The notes below the pieces were generated by a model. It was not told the DNA's origin and ran no database searches. It worked only from the letters and a program-made list of their open reading frames with translations. From Candidatus Fermentibacterota bacterium (lineage in GTDB: Bacteria > JAFGKV01): a DNA stretch of 29,241 nt. Of this stretch, positions 7,645-19,124 are shown piece by piece. Both the position numbers and the translations under genes were made by a program. Each line of letters begins with the position of its first letter. The stretch's first letter is position 1. The stretch covers positions 1 to 29,241 of the forward strand of contig JAFGKV010000078.1 in the NCBI GenBank assembly GCA_016928395.1, given 5' to 3'.

Positions 7645-8564
7645 ATGACGACGTTGTTTCCGCCCAGAGCCTTGGCACGGTAGAGCGCGCTGTCCGCACG
7701 CCGGATGAGCGTGTCGGTGACTAAATCATCAGCTGTAGCCGCTGACACAAGACCAAAACTGGCGCTGATCGTCTGTGTGCGGGGAAGCGACGGCACAGCG
7801 AGCTGGGCTATCCGAGTTCGAAGGTTTTCGGCCTTGGACCGCGCTCCGTCTACGCCCGCCAGCGGAAAGACAATGAGGAACTCGTCGCCGCCATAGCGGC
7901 CGACATGATCTGTCTTGCGGCAATTGGCCATGAGAGCCTGGGCGACCTGAACGATGACATCGTCGCCGACCTGGTGCCCAAAGCTGTCGTTGATCTGCTT
8001 GAACCTGTCAAGATCTAGCATGGCACAGGAGAGCGCCGTGCCCTGGCGCACCGCTCGGAGCACTTCCATTGAAAGCTGCTCGACAATCTTGCCGTGGTGG
8101 TGCAGGCCGGTGAGCGAATCCCTGCTGGCCAGATCGGCCAGGCGGGATGTCATCTCCTCCAGCCTTTGGGTAAGTCGGGCCATGCGGAGATTCGTGCCTA
8201 CCCGGGCCATCAGTTCGTCCAGAGAGAATGGTTTTTCCATGTAATCATTCGCGCCCAGGTTCAAACCTTCCACCTTGCTGGCGGCATCTGTACGCATGGC
8301 CGTGAGGAGGATGACGGGCGTATGGAGGAACCGTGCATCCTCCCTCAGTTGGGTCAGGAGGGTGAGCCCGTCGATTTTCGGCAGTTTGATATCCACCACG
8401 AACAGGTCGGGGAGCCAGTCCTCAACCACCGCCGTGGCGCCCTCGGCCGAGTAGGCGGTCTGAACCTCGTATCCTTGTGTCCGTAAGGCAAACTCCAACG
8501 CCCGGCAGATGTTGATGTCATCATCGACGACAAGCACCCTGGCCCCCACATAGTTTGCGTCCAC
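7632..8564 (-). CDS. Response-regulator diguanylate cyclase (REC + GGDEF) with an intact I-site.
   Basis: Receiver: LVVDDDINICRAL…DLFVVDIKLPKIDG…EKPF. GGDEF domain: RDSLTGLHHHG…LDLDRFKQINDSFGHQVGDDVI…RKTDHVGRYGGDEFLIVF, with the RxxD I-site 5 residues before GGDEF. Confidence 0.85.
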   Translation of the reverse strand: MDANYVGARVLVVDDDINICRALEFALRTQGYEVQTAYSAEGATAVVEDWLPDLFVVDIKLPKIDGLTLLTQLREDARFLHTPVILLTAMRTDAASKVEGLNLGANDYMEKPFSLDELMARVGTNLRMARLTQRLEEMTSRLADLASRDSLTGLHHHGKIVEQLSMEVLRAVRQGTALSCAMLDLDRFKQINDSFGHQVGDDVIVQVAQALMANCRKTDHVGRYGGDEFLIVFPLAGVDGARSKAENLRTRIAQLAVPSLPRTQTISASFGLVSAATADDLVTDTLIRRADSALYRAKALGGNNVVMWSP

Positions 8565-8576
8565 CCCGCCCCCCGG

Positions 8577-10010
8577 TCACCCTTCTGCCGATGGATGTTC
8601 GGCGAGCGCGGGAAGCGTGAAAGTGAATACGCACCCTCTGGGGCTATTGTCGTCTACCCAGATCCTCCCACCGTGGCGCGACACAATCTCCTTGCAAATG
8701 GACAAACCCAACCCCGTGCCGGGATGCTTGCCGGTGGTCGCATCACCCAGTTGCTGGAAACGCATGAACACCCGGTGTCGAGACTCCTGGGGGATACCGA
8801 CACCCTGGTCTGCAACCGTGATAGCGACCTCCTCTCCATCCATACGGGATGATACCAGCACCTCGTCACCCGGATGACTGAACTTCACCGCATTGGAAAG
8901 GAGGTTGACCAGAACTTGCTTGATCCGGTCGCGATCAGCAATAACAACCTGAAGCAGCGGTGCCGGCATCACCTTAAGAGTGATCTTTCGCTCCTCCGCC
9001 GAGGGCTTCTGGAGCTCAACCACGTTCCGCACCAGTTCGCCAATATCCAGCTTCTGCAGCCGCCACTCAGTCTGGCCGCTTTCGATCTTGGCAATGTCAA
9101 GCACATCATCTATCAGGCGGGTCAGTCTCTTTGATTCGTCGTTGATGATGCCAAGGAACTCCCGACGCCTCTCGCGCTGGTCATCGTCGAAGGTGAGGAG
9201 CAGTTCAGAAAACGACCTGATGCTCGTGAGCGGAGTCCGCAGCTCGTGCGACACGCTGGAGATGAACTCGTCCTTCGCCGTGTCGAGTTCCTTCAATTCT
9301 TCATAGGCCCGCCGCAGTTCCAGGGTTCTCTCGTGCACCATGGCTTCCAACTGCTTGTTGAAGGAGCCCATTCGATCAGTCAGTTCGATGGCGCGAAACG
9401 ATATTCCCCCCATCTGGGCAATAAGACCGGCCAGCCGAGGTGCATCCCTCGCCTTCGCCGCGATCTGCGCGACGTGGATAACCCCATTCAGCTCTCCTCT
9501 GGATCCGATGGGTGCCCACAAGTCTGGATTTAAAGGATGAATCTCCGCATCGTGGAGGTCCTCCCTGGAAAGCACGGTTCCGGCAACGAGCATCTCACCG
9601 ATACGCCCCTCGGGCAGCCTGATCGGCTCTCTGAGGTCACCAATGCCGGGAGCCCGTGACCACACCGCGCGCAAGTGCGAACCCTCGGCCATCAACACGA
9701 TGGCTTCCTTGGCACCGAGGAGCGCCATGGCGGCATCCCCGACGATCTGGGCCACCTCGTCCCGGCTCTTGCTCTGCGAGAGACGGGACGCCATGGTGGG
9801 CAAGGTCCGCAGGAGTGCGGACACCACTTCCTCTTCGCCCGCCAGCTTCTCCAGCGCTTGAGTGAGTGACTCCTCCAGCTTCTCCGTGGCCGCCGCCTTG
9901 CTCAACGCCATCCTGGTCTTGCGGTCCATCGATGCAGGGAGGAAATAGCGACCGATGAGCACGCCCAAGGCGATGAGACTCAATGAGAAAACTACCGCCG
10001 AAGTAATCAC
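8577..10010 (-). CDS. Membrane-anchored sensor histidine kinase (one N-terminal TM helix, GAF-like sensor, HisKA, HATPase_c).
   Basis: H-box SVSHELRTPLTSI. N/G1/G2 boxes LLSNAVKFS, DQGVGIP, GTGLGLSI. GTG start at 10010 with a GGAGGGGG RBS. It sits directly upstream of the REC-GGDEF gene with a 12-nt gap. Confidence 0.85.
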   Translation of the reverse strand: MITSAVVFSLSLIALGVLIGRYFLPASMDRKTRMALSKAAATEKLEESLTQALEKLAGEEEVVSALLRTLPTMASRLSQSKSRDEVAQIVGDAAMALLGAKEAIVLMAEGSHLRAVWSRAPGIGDLREPIRLPEGRIGEMLVAGTVLSREDLHDAEIHPLNPDLWAPIGSRGELNGVIHVAQIAAKARDAPRLAGLIAQMGGISFRAIELTDRMGSFNKQLEAMVHERTLELRRAYEELKELDTAKDEFISSVSHELRTPLTSIRSFSELLLTFDDDQRERRREFLGIINDESKRLTRLIDDVLDIAKIESGQTEWRLQKLDIGELVRNVVELQKPSAEERKITLKVMPAPLLQVVIADRDRIKQVLVNLLSNAVKFSHPGDEVLVSSRMDGEEVAITVADQGVGIPQESRHRVFMRFQQLGDATTGKHPGTGLGLSICKEIVSRHGGRIWVDDNSPRGCVFTFTLPALAEHPSAEG

Positions 10011-10051
10011 CTTCCCCCTCCTTTTAATGGGTATTCAGGCACATTGTCGAG

Positions 10052-11166
10052 CTAAAGATACCTCTTCCTCGCGCCCGTCTCCAGATTCTCGACCAGGGCC
10101 TTGACATCTTGAGCGCGGTCTCGGGGACACACCAGGATCGCGTCCCCTGACTGCACGACAATCACGTCCTGCATCCCCACCAAGGCCACCAGCAAATCCT
10201 CGGATCGCACTCGGCATCCCGAGCAATCGACTAAGGTCACATCACCGCCGAGTAGGCGGTTGTCGCCGGCGGAAAGCGGCCAGTATCGCGATGCCGCCTC
10301 CCACGAGCCAACGTCATCCCAGCGAAAAGTCGATTCCACCATCGCCATGAGATGACTGTGCTCCATGATTCCGTGGTCCACCGAAACATCGGCCAGCCCT
10401 GAATACACCTCTCGGTGTGCTGCCAAGTCATCGTCGCCAAGCTCGCTCCCGAGGCGGCGCAACACCTCCGCGGTCGCGGGCAGCAAACGGGCTAGCTCGG
10501 CCCAGAGCACGTCCACCTTGGCTACAAACATCCCTGAGTTCCAGAAGTGTTCTCCTGACACGGCCCACTGCCGGGCATGGGCAAGATCCGGCTTCTCATG
10601 AAAGCTCTTGACCTCAAACGCCCGCGGCTGTGCTGCGTCATGCAGCGCGGCGCCGACCCGCATGTACCCGTATCCTGTCTCCGGGCTTGTGGGAACGATG
10701 CCGAAGGCCACCACTCTCCCGGATTCCGCCAGTGCCCATGCCCGATCAAGGCACAGACGAAAACCATCTAGGTCTTCCACCACATGATCCGAGGGGAAGA
10801 AGCCCACGGTGCCGCCTTCTTCACGACGCAGTTGGAGCCATCGCAAAGCCAGCCCGACGCACGCAGCGGTGTTCCTGCCCACGGGCTCTGCCAGTACGTG
10901 ACCCGTGGGCAACTCGGGAAGCTCCGTGCGGACTGCCGATGCCTGTTCCCCGTTGGTCACCACCATCAGATGATCCCACCCCACAACATCGGCGAGACGT
11001 TGCCCTGTCTGGCGTAGCAGCGTGTCCGCCCCGACGACGGGGATAAGATGCTTCGGCCTAGTTCGTCGACTCAGAGGCCAGAAACGTCTTCCCAGGCCTC
11101 CGGCCATGATACAGGCCCAGCGTGAGGGAACGCCATCGAACGGCCTTCGAGCAACCCAATCCCTCT

Positions 11167-11170
<4 letters not shown>
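10052..11170 (-). CDS. manC: Mannose-1-phosphate guanylyltransferase (GDP-mannose pyrophosphorylase; P. aeruginosa WbpW-like).
   Basis: MAGGLGRRFWPLSR…KHLIPV…AEPVGRNTAACVGLA…FPSDHVV…FGIVPTSPETGYGYM. The ATG overlaps the rmd stop in a tcat arrangement at 11167-11170. Confidence 0.85.
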
Positions 11171-13118
<1,948 letters not shown>

Positions 13119-13235
13119 CTAGCCGAGGGTTCCGGAGGGCATCCGCGCTCCGACCCCAAGAAGCCTCCCCTGGCTATGTCACGCAGCCTCACGGTCATGC
13201 CCGTGATCACGTGGCTCAGTCTACTCTCCGCACCT

Positions 13236-15884
13236 TCAGGACAGCGCCTCAAGATACGAGAGAAGCTTGTCGCGCCGCGCCTCGACTTCCTCGGCCCGCG
13301 TCCGTTCGGCTTCGACGACTTCACGGGGTGCGCGCTCCAGGAAATCGGAATTCCCAAGCTTCTGTCTGGCCCGGCGTAGGCTTTGCTCCGTACGATCCAG
13401 GTCCTTTTGAAGCCGGCCCCGTTCCGCCTGAATGTCTACGAGCCCCTCCAGCGGAAGAAAAACCTCCGACACTCCAACCACCGTGCAGGCCGCCGGCTCC
13501 TCGCGTGTGAAGCCCGGTGCGATTCGCAGGGCGCTCACCCGTGCCAGTTCCTGCACGTATCTGAGATTGCGCTCCAGGCACGCCCGCACCTCAGGGGACT
13601 CTGTCTTGACAATCACCGGCGCCAGCTTGCCTGGAGGCACGTTCATTTCCCCCCGTATGGTACGGATGGCCCGAATGATGCCCTGCAGCAGTTCCATGTC
13701 AGCCTCTGCCTGCTCGTCTCGATACAGCGGATTGGCCGCAGGCCAACGGCTGTGCATCGCCATGCCACGACCCGCAAAGCATCGCTGCCAGAGTTCCTCG
13801 GTGATGAAGGGCATGAACGGGTGGAGCATTCTGATGGCCACCGACCAGACGTAGGTGGCCACGCACCGGGCGACCGATCCTTCGGAGGCCTTGCCGCTTA
13901 ACCGTGACTTGATGAGCTCCAGATACCAGTCACAGTAGTCACGCCACACGAAATTATACGCGGCCAACGCCGCATCGTTGAACCGATACCGGTCCAGGCA
14001 GTCAGCAATCTCGACCGTCGCACGCATTGCCCGGGAGAGGATCCAACGGTCCGAGAGATCCAATTCCCCGCTGCTTCGCAGCCGAGTCATCTTGGCCTCG
14101 ACGTCGGGGCAGACGGCCTCGTTCAAGGCCAGCAGACGATAGGCATTCCAGATCTTGTTCGAGAAGTTCCGGCCCATCTCGAACTTGCTGGGCGCGAGGT
14201 TGACATCTTGTCCTTCCGTGGTGAGCATGGCCAGGGAAAATCGGACGGCATCGGCGCTGTACTTGTCGATCATCTCGATGGGATCTATACCGTTTCCCAG
14301 CGACTTGCTCATCCATCGCCCCAGCTCATCCTTGACCATGCCGGTGAAGTAGACATGGGTGAAGGGGATTTGACCGGTAAACTCCAGTGATGCCATCACC
14401 ATCCGGGCGACCCAGAAGAAAATGATATCGTAGGCAGTCACCAGAAGATCGGTGGGGAAAAAACGCTGGTATTCGGCAGTCGTCTCGGGCCATCCCATGG
14501 TCGAAAACGGCCAGAGCCAGCTGGAAAACCACGTATCCAGCACGTCTTCATCTTGCCTGAGAGCGCCTTCACACTTGGGGCAGTAGGTTGGATCCTCCTT
14601 TTCCACCACCACCGCGCCGCATTCATCGCAGTACCATACCGGTATTCGATGGCCCCACCAGAGCTGCCGGGAAATGCACCAGTCGCGGATATTCTCAAGC
14701 CATGCTCGGTACACTGCCACCCACCGTTTGGGCAGCAACGCCGGTTGGCCGGCGTCCAGGGCCGCCAGGGCCGGCTCCGCCAGCGGCTTCATGCGGACAA
14801 ACCACTGATCGGAGAGATAGGGCTCAATAATGGTATTGCAGCGCTGGCAATGGCCCACGCTGTGGCTGTACTTCTCGATCTTGCCGATTCGTTTCTCGGC
14901 TTTCAGGTGCTCGATTACCAGCTCTCGGCAGCGAAACCGATCCATGCCTGCAAACTGGCTTCCGGCAGCAGCAGTCATGGTACCATCTTCCGCCATGACT
15001 ATCACGGCGGGCAGCCCAAGTTCGGCGGCAATGTGGAAGTCGGCGGGATCGTGGGCGGGGGTCACTTTCACCGCACCGGTACCAAACTCCGGATCCACCG
15101 CAGAAGATCCCACCACGGGGATCTCCCTGCCCGCCAACGGGAGTATCACAGTGGCGCCTATCAGGGATCGATATCGCCCATCGTCCGGGTGCACCGCCAC
15201 CGCGGTGTCGCCCAGCATCGTCTCCGGCCTGGTCGTCGCCACCGTAATGGTCTCGGAGCTGCCCTTGACGGGATACTTGATGAACCAGAGATGGCCATCG
15301 GTCTCCTGATGGTCAACTTCCTCATCGCTTATCGCGGTCCGGCAGCGCGGGCACCAGTTCACGATGTACTTGCCCCGATAAATCAGCCCCTTCTCGTAGA
15401 GCCTGACGAAGACCTCCCGCACAGCCCGCGAAAGACCGCTATCCAGGGTGAAGCGCAGGCGATCCCAGTCACATGAGCACCCCAGCCTCTGGAGTTGGTG
15501 AATGATGCGGTTGCCATAGGTATGCTTCCACTCCCACACCTTCTCGATGAACCGCTCCCGGCCAAGCTGGGCTCGGGTTACGCCTTCCTTCGTGAGGTCG
15601 CGTTCCACCACGTTCTGCGTGGCGATGCCTGCATGGTCGGTGCCGGGTATCCAGACCGTGACCTTTCCCTGCATGCGCTGGTACCTGACGGCGATGTCTT
15701 GAATGCCGTTGTTCAGCGCATGGCCCATGTGAAGAGCCCCAGTGATGTTCGGCGGAGGGATTACGATGGAAAACCGAGGACCGGGCTGATCGGTACGCGC
15801 TGCAAAGGCCTTGCCGTCAAGCCATAAGGCAAGAATCCGTTTCTCCACGGACGCGGGATCGTATTGCTTCGGTATGTCATGCAT
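13236..15884 (-). CDS. valS: Valine--tRNA ligase.
   Basis: Class-I HIGH motif PPPNITGALHMGHA, KMSKS motif KSLGN, editing domain and a C-terminal coiled coil. Length 882 aa. Confidence 0.95.
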   Translation of the reverse strand: MHDIPKQYDPASVEKRILALWLDGKAFAARTDQPGPRFSIVIPPPNITGALHMGHALNNGIQDIAVRYQRMQGKVTVWIPGTDHAGIATQNVVERDLTKEGVTRAQLGRERFIEKVWEWKHTYGNRIIHQLQRLGCSCDWDRLRFTLDSGLSRAVREVFVRLYEKGLIYRGKYIVNWCPRCRTAISDEEVDHQETDGHLWFIKYPVKGSSETITVATTRPETMLGDTAVAVHPDDGRYRSLIGATVILPLAGREIPVVGSSAVDPEFGTGAVKVTPAHDPADFHIAAELGLPAVIVMAEDGTMTAAAGSQFAGMDRFRCRELVIEHLKAEKRIGKIEKYSHSVGHCQRCNTIIEPYLSDQWFVRMKPLAEPALAALDAGQPALLPKRWVAVYRAWLENIRDWCISRQLWWGHRIPVWYCDECGAVVVEKEDPTYCPKCEGALRQDEDVLDTWFSSWLWPFSTMGWPETTAEYQRFFPTDLLVTAYDIIFFWVARMVMASLEFTGQIPFTHVYFTGMVKDELGRWMSKSLGNGIDPIEMIDKYSADAVRFSLAMLTTEGQDVNLAPSKFEMGRNFSNKIWNAYRLLALNEAVCPDVEAKMTRLRSSGELDLSDRWILSRAMRATVEIADCLDRYRFNDAALAAYNFVWRDYCDWYLELIKSRLSGKASEGSVARCVATYVWSVAIRMLHPFMPFITEELWQRCFAGRGMAMHSRWPAANPLYRDEQAEADMELLQGIIRAIRTIRGEMNVPPGKLAPVIVKTESPEVRACLERNLRYVQELARVSALRIAPGFTREEPAACTVVGVSEVFLPLEGLVDIQAERGRLQKDLDRTEQSLRRARQKLGNSDFLERAPREVVEAERTRAEEVEARRDKLLSYLEALS

Positions 15885-15980
15885 GGTCTTGTCCGATCCG
15901 TATTGTTCAGGAACTGCGGCTTCCCCGCATGCGACCCTGGTCTAAGTCGTAGGAAAATCGGGGGTAGAGACGAATCGCGC

Positions 15981-16463
15981 TCAACCGACGCCACCGGTCC
16001 GCGAAGAACCGGATGCCACCGCCTTTCCAGACTCGATCATCTCCATCAGCGCGGCACACGCCGCCACATACCCCTGCGCCCCAAGACCCGCCACGATGCC
16101 GCTGCACGCCTGCGCCACGATACTCCTTTGACGAATAGGCTCGCGGGCAAAAATGTTCGTCAGGTGAACCTCCACGGCCACGATACCGCAGCCGCGCACG
16201 GCATCTGCCAAGGCCACGCTGGTGTGGGCGTAGCCGCCCGGATTGATCACCAGGCCATCCGCCCAGCCCATGCTCTGGTGAATGAGGTCAATGATGCCGC
16301 CCTCATGGTTCGTCTGTTCGACTCTCAGCGTCGCCCCGTGACTCTCGGCCCACGCGGCCAGCATCGAGTCTATCTCTGTGAGGGTCAAGGATCCATAGAT
16401 CCCCGTTTCTCGACACCCCAAGAGGTTGAGGTTGGGGCCATGAATGACGAGGATTCGAACCAT
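15981..16463 (-). CDS. aroQ: 3-dehydroquinate dehydratase, type II.
   Basis: MVRILVIHGPNLNLLG…TNHEGGIIDLIHQ…INPGGYAHTSVALADA. Start refined to the MVRIL methionine. Confidence 0.85.
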   Translation of the reverse strand: MVRILVIHGPNLNLLGCRETGIYGSLTLTEIDSMLAAWAESHGATLRVEQTNHEGGIIDLIHQSMGWADGLVINPGGYAHTSVALADAVRGCGIVAVEVHLTNIFAREPIRQRSIVAQACSGIVAGLGAQGYVAACAALMEMIESGKAVASGSSRTGGVG

Positions 16464-16633
16464 CGGCAGTCCCTTCGAGGAGGACACCCATCATGAGCAC
16501 TGGCTGGCTCATGGCCAATCCGCTGAAACCGGCCAAGCTCCATGGAAACACCCTTCACGTCAAGATGCAACCCCTCCGTTCGCGGTTGCGGTCTCGCCGG
16601 GCGTGCGCCCCGACCCCTACAGAATGCCGAAGG

Positions 16634-17845
16634 TCAATGCGCAGGGGTCCCGCCGGGCGGGCCTTCCCGCCATCCGCACGGCGGCTGCGACGGAAGTGTC
16701 CGCAGTGCGGGCCATGTCGCACCATCGTCTGGGCCCGGCAGCATTGCCAGAAGGTGACCGAGACGAAAGAAGAGCAGGCCGCTCTGACCAGCCGCCTCAA
16801 TACAGCCGGGAGAGAACGGAGACAAACCGTACTCCCCAGGGAAGGCATCGGCCTCCATGCCACTCTCATGCACCCTGATCGTACCGGCCCCCATCAGCGG
16901 CCTCCCGAAGAACACCGCCGAAGGGCCGGGGCATCCGGCCCTCCCGGCCTCGGACCGGGCCGAAACCACCCTGGCCTGCCCCATGGTGCTTACGGCCCAC
17001 AGATACGTTCCGGGGTCGAGAGTGAGGGGACGGGCTCGGGAGATTACCACGCGCCGGCTGGACAGGGCATCAAGACGACGCTGCAACAGAAACGGCTCCT
17101 GGTTGAGAAGTGGATCGCCTGGGGCGCCGAAGACGATCCGTCGACCCAGCGCGACGTCCGGGGTGATGGGCAGTTCGCCGGGAAGACCCTTGAGCTGCAA
17201 AGTCGAGGCCTCCAGTGCAGCTTCCCACATGAGTTCCGGTTCGACTGCGGGCTCTGGCACAGGTGGATAGAACAACGCCTCCGGAGGCACGTCGTGGTGA
17301 TCCGAGGGCACACCGCCTCCCGCGAGGTACCAGGCCACCTCAAGCCCCAGGCTGTCCAACGCCGCGGGGTGGGCATTACCGCAGGCCGCGTGGGCCATCT
17401 CATACCATGCCACCCACCGCATGCCTGCCGGGTCAAGCAGCAAGGCAACGGATTCAACGCCGCTGGCGAGGAAACGCACCGACATTCCTCGGAACCCCAC
17501 TGGCCTTGTCCGCTGCGGCGAGACGGACGACCCGCTGACCTCCAGGAGTTCTACAGAGGGGAAGCTGCGGAGAAACCGATTCCACGCATCATTGGGTAGC
17601 GAATCAGGAGCCACTACCCGATAGGCACCAAGAAAGTCCTTCGGTGGTGACCCTATGCCCGAGCCGACGCCCGGCAGCACCAGCCAGCCCTCCTCATCGG
17701 CAAACAGCGACATCAGGGTTCGTTCTACCGCGCGACGCTCCATAGCGGCCAGTTCAGCCTCGATCTGTCCTAACGTCACACCTCGGCCGCCATGACAGGC
17801 CATCGCAACGGTCCCCAGCATTGCTGCGAAGCTCATCCACTTCAT
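16634..17845 (-). CDS. Secreted hypothetical protein (403 aa) with an N-terminal signal peptide and no recognisable domain.
   Basis: MKWMSFAAMLGTVAMACHG signal peptide. GGGAG RBS 6 nt upstream of ATG 17845. Protein-like composition, unlike the Arg-rich antisense ORF. The ORF-track version of 700 aa (to 18736) overlaps trpS and was rejected. Confidence 0.5.
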   Translation of the reverse strand: MKWMSFAAMLGTVAMACHGGRGVTLGQIEAELAAMERRAVERTLMSLFADEEGWLVLPGVGSGIGSPPKDFLGAYRVVAPDSLPNDAWNRFLRSFPSVELLEVSGSSVSPQRTRPVGFRGMSVRFLASGVESVALLLDPAGMRWVAWYEMAHAACGNAHPAALDSLGLEVAWYLAGGGVPSDHHDVPPEALFYPPVPEPAVEPELMWEAALEASTLQLKGLPGELPITPDVALGRRIVFGAPGDPLLNQEPFLLQRRLDALSSRRVVISRARPLTLDPGTYLWAVSTMGQARVVSARSEAGRAGCPGPSAVFFGRPLMGAGTIRVHESGMEADAFPGEYGLSPFSPGCIEAAGQSGLLFFRLGHLLAMLPGPDDGATWPALRTLPSQPPCGWREGPPGGTPAH

Positions 17846-17894
17846 TCTCGTCTCCCGAAGACTGGTTCTCGATGCACGCAGCGCAGGCCATTCG

Positions 17895-17922
17895 TTGACA
17901 GCGGTGGCCTGAGCACTAGGTT
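17895..17922 (+). promoter_or_regulatory. Promoter candidate for trpS: TTGACA(17895-17900)-N16-TAGGTT. An AAGGAGG RBS lies at 17945-17951.
   Basis: Perfect -35 hexamer in the divergent region between the secreted hypothetical and trpS. The -10 is weak. Confidence 0.3.
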
Positions 17923-17956
17923 CGCTTTGATTCTTGTCGACGTCAAGGAGGTTTCT

Positions 17957-18997
17957 GTGACGGCTTCGATTCGCAAGAGGATTCTCACCGGCGACCGTCC
18001 CACCGGCAAGCTCCATCTCGGCCACTATGTGGGGACGCTCATGAACCGGGTCAAGCTCCAGCATGAGTACGAGACCTTCATCCTCATCGCCGATGTGCAG
18101 GCCCTGAGCACCCACTGGGACCGGCCCGAAGTTCTCCGCGAGACGGTGCGGGAGGTCGCTTTGGACTACTTCGCGGTGGGCATCGATCCTGCGGTGAGCA
18201 CCATCTGCGTGCAGAGCATGATCCCGCCCATAGCCGAACTCTCCGTGATCTACGGCCTGTTTACTCGCATGAACAAACTCAGACACAATCCAACCCTGAA
18301 GACCGAGGCGCAAAGCTACGGCTACATGAAGGGCGATGACCTGATGCTGGGATTCGACAAGCTGACCTATGGGTTCTTTGGGTACCCCATCAGTCAGGCA
18401 GCGGATATCACTTTTGTCCGCGCCAATCTGGTTCCCGTCGGCGAGGACCAGGTCCCCCATATCGAACTCTGCCGTGACATCGTGGGATGGTTCAATCAGC
18501 TCTACGGGAGAGGCGCCCAGGTCATCCCCCAACCCGAGGCGTTGGTGGGCGATATACCGAGACTGTCTGGGCTGGACGGCCAGAGCAAGATGGGAAAGAG
18601 CCTGGGAAACGCCGTGTTGATCAGTGACGACGATGCCAGTATCCTGGAGTCGGTCATGCGGGCCGTGACCGACCCGCAGAAGATCAGGCGCAATGATCCG
18701 GGCCACCCTGAAGTCTGCAATGTCTTCGCCTACCATCGGGTGTTCTCGCCTCCCGATGAAGTGGCATGCATCGAACGCGACTGCCGCAGCGGCACTCTGG
18801 GATGCGTCGAGGACAAGCGCCGTTTGGCCCGCACCCTACAGCAGCTCGTGGAGCCGTTCCGTCAGAGGAGGGCGGTGTGGGAGAGCCGGCCAGACGATGT
18901 GACTGACGTTCTAATGAGCGGAACGGCCAGAGCGAGAGCGGAGGGGGAAGAGACTCTGCAGATCGTCCGCCAGGCCATGGGCATCGACTACTGGTAG
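17957..18997 (+). CDS. trpS: Tryptophan--tRNA ligase.
   Basis: ILTGDRPTGKLHLGHYVG (HIGH region), KMGKSLGN (KMSKS). GTG 17957 is preceded by AAGGAGG with a 5-nt spacer, and is in frame with the longer track ORF starting at 17792. Confidence 0.9.
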   Translation: MTASIRKRILTGDRPTGKLHLGHYVGTLMNRVKLQHEYETFILIADVQALSTHWDRPEVLRETVREVALDYFAVGIDPAVSTICVQSMIPPIAELSVIYGLFTRMNKLRHNPTLKTEAQSYGYMKGDDLMLGFDKLTYGFFGYPISQAADITFVRANLVPVGEDQVPHIELCRDIVGWFNQLYGRGAQVIPQPEALVGDIPRLSGLDGQSKMGKSLGNAVLISDDDASILESVMRAVTDPQKIRRNDPGHPEVCNVFAYHRVFSPPDEVACIERDCRSGTLGCVEDKRRLARTLQQLVEPFRQRRAVWESRPDDVTDVLMSGTARARAEGEETLQIVRQAMGIDYW

Positions 18998-19124
18998 CCG
19001 GGCAAACGCTGCACAGGATCAGGGTTCGGGAGAAACGAAAGCGACGAGGCAGGTGGTATATAGCCAGTGAACCGAAGGCCGTGCGCCCTGAACCGCGCAC
19101 CTGCCGCGGAGCGAGCCCACCTCA

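Noticed and set aside
10022-10050. Minus-strand TCGACA-N17-TTAAAA promoter-like hexamers upstream of the histidine kinase.
   Set aside because: The implied transcription start would lie downstream of the kinase's own Shine-Dalgarno/GTG (10010-10020). The spacing is incompatible unless the start codon is wrong, so it was not called.
14553-15476. 307-aa plus-strand ORF inside valS.
   Set aside because: Antisense to valS, which has HIGH/KMSKS motifs in frame. No RBS.
16493-17599. 368-aa plus-strand ORF overlapping the secreted hypothetical gene.
   Set aside because: Extremely Arg/Pro-rich (RSRLRSRRACAPTPTECRRSMRRG…). The opposite-strand frame has a signal peptide, an RBS and balanced composition.
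17846-18736. N-terminal 297-codon extension of the 700-aa minus-strand ORF.
   Set aside because: It overlaps trpS (HIGH/KMSKS) on the other strand. An internal Met followed by a signal peptide and RBS gives a sensible 403-aa secreted protein.
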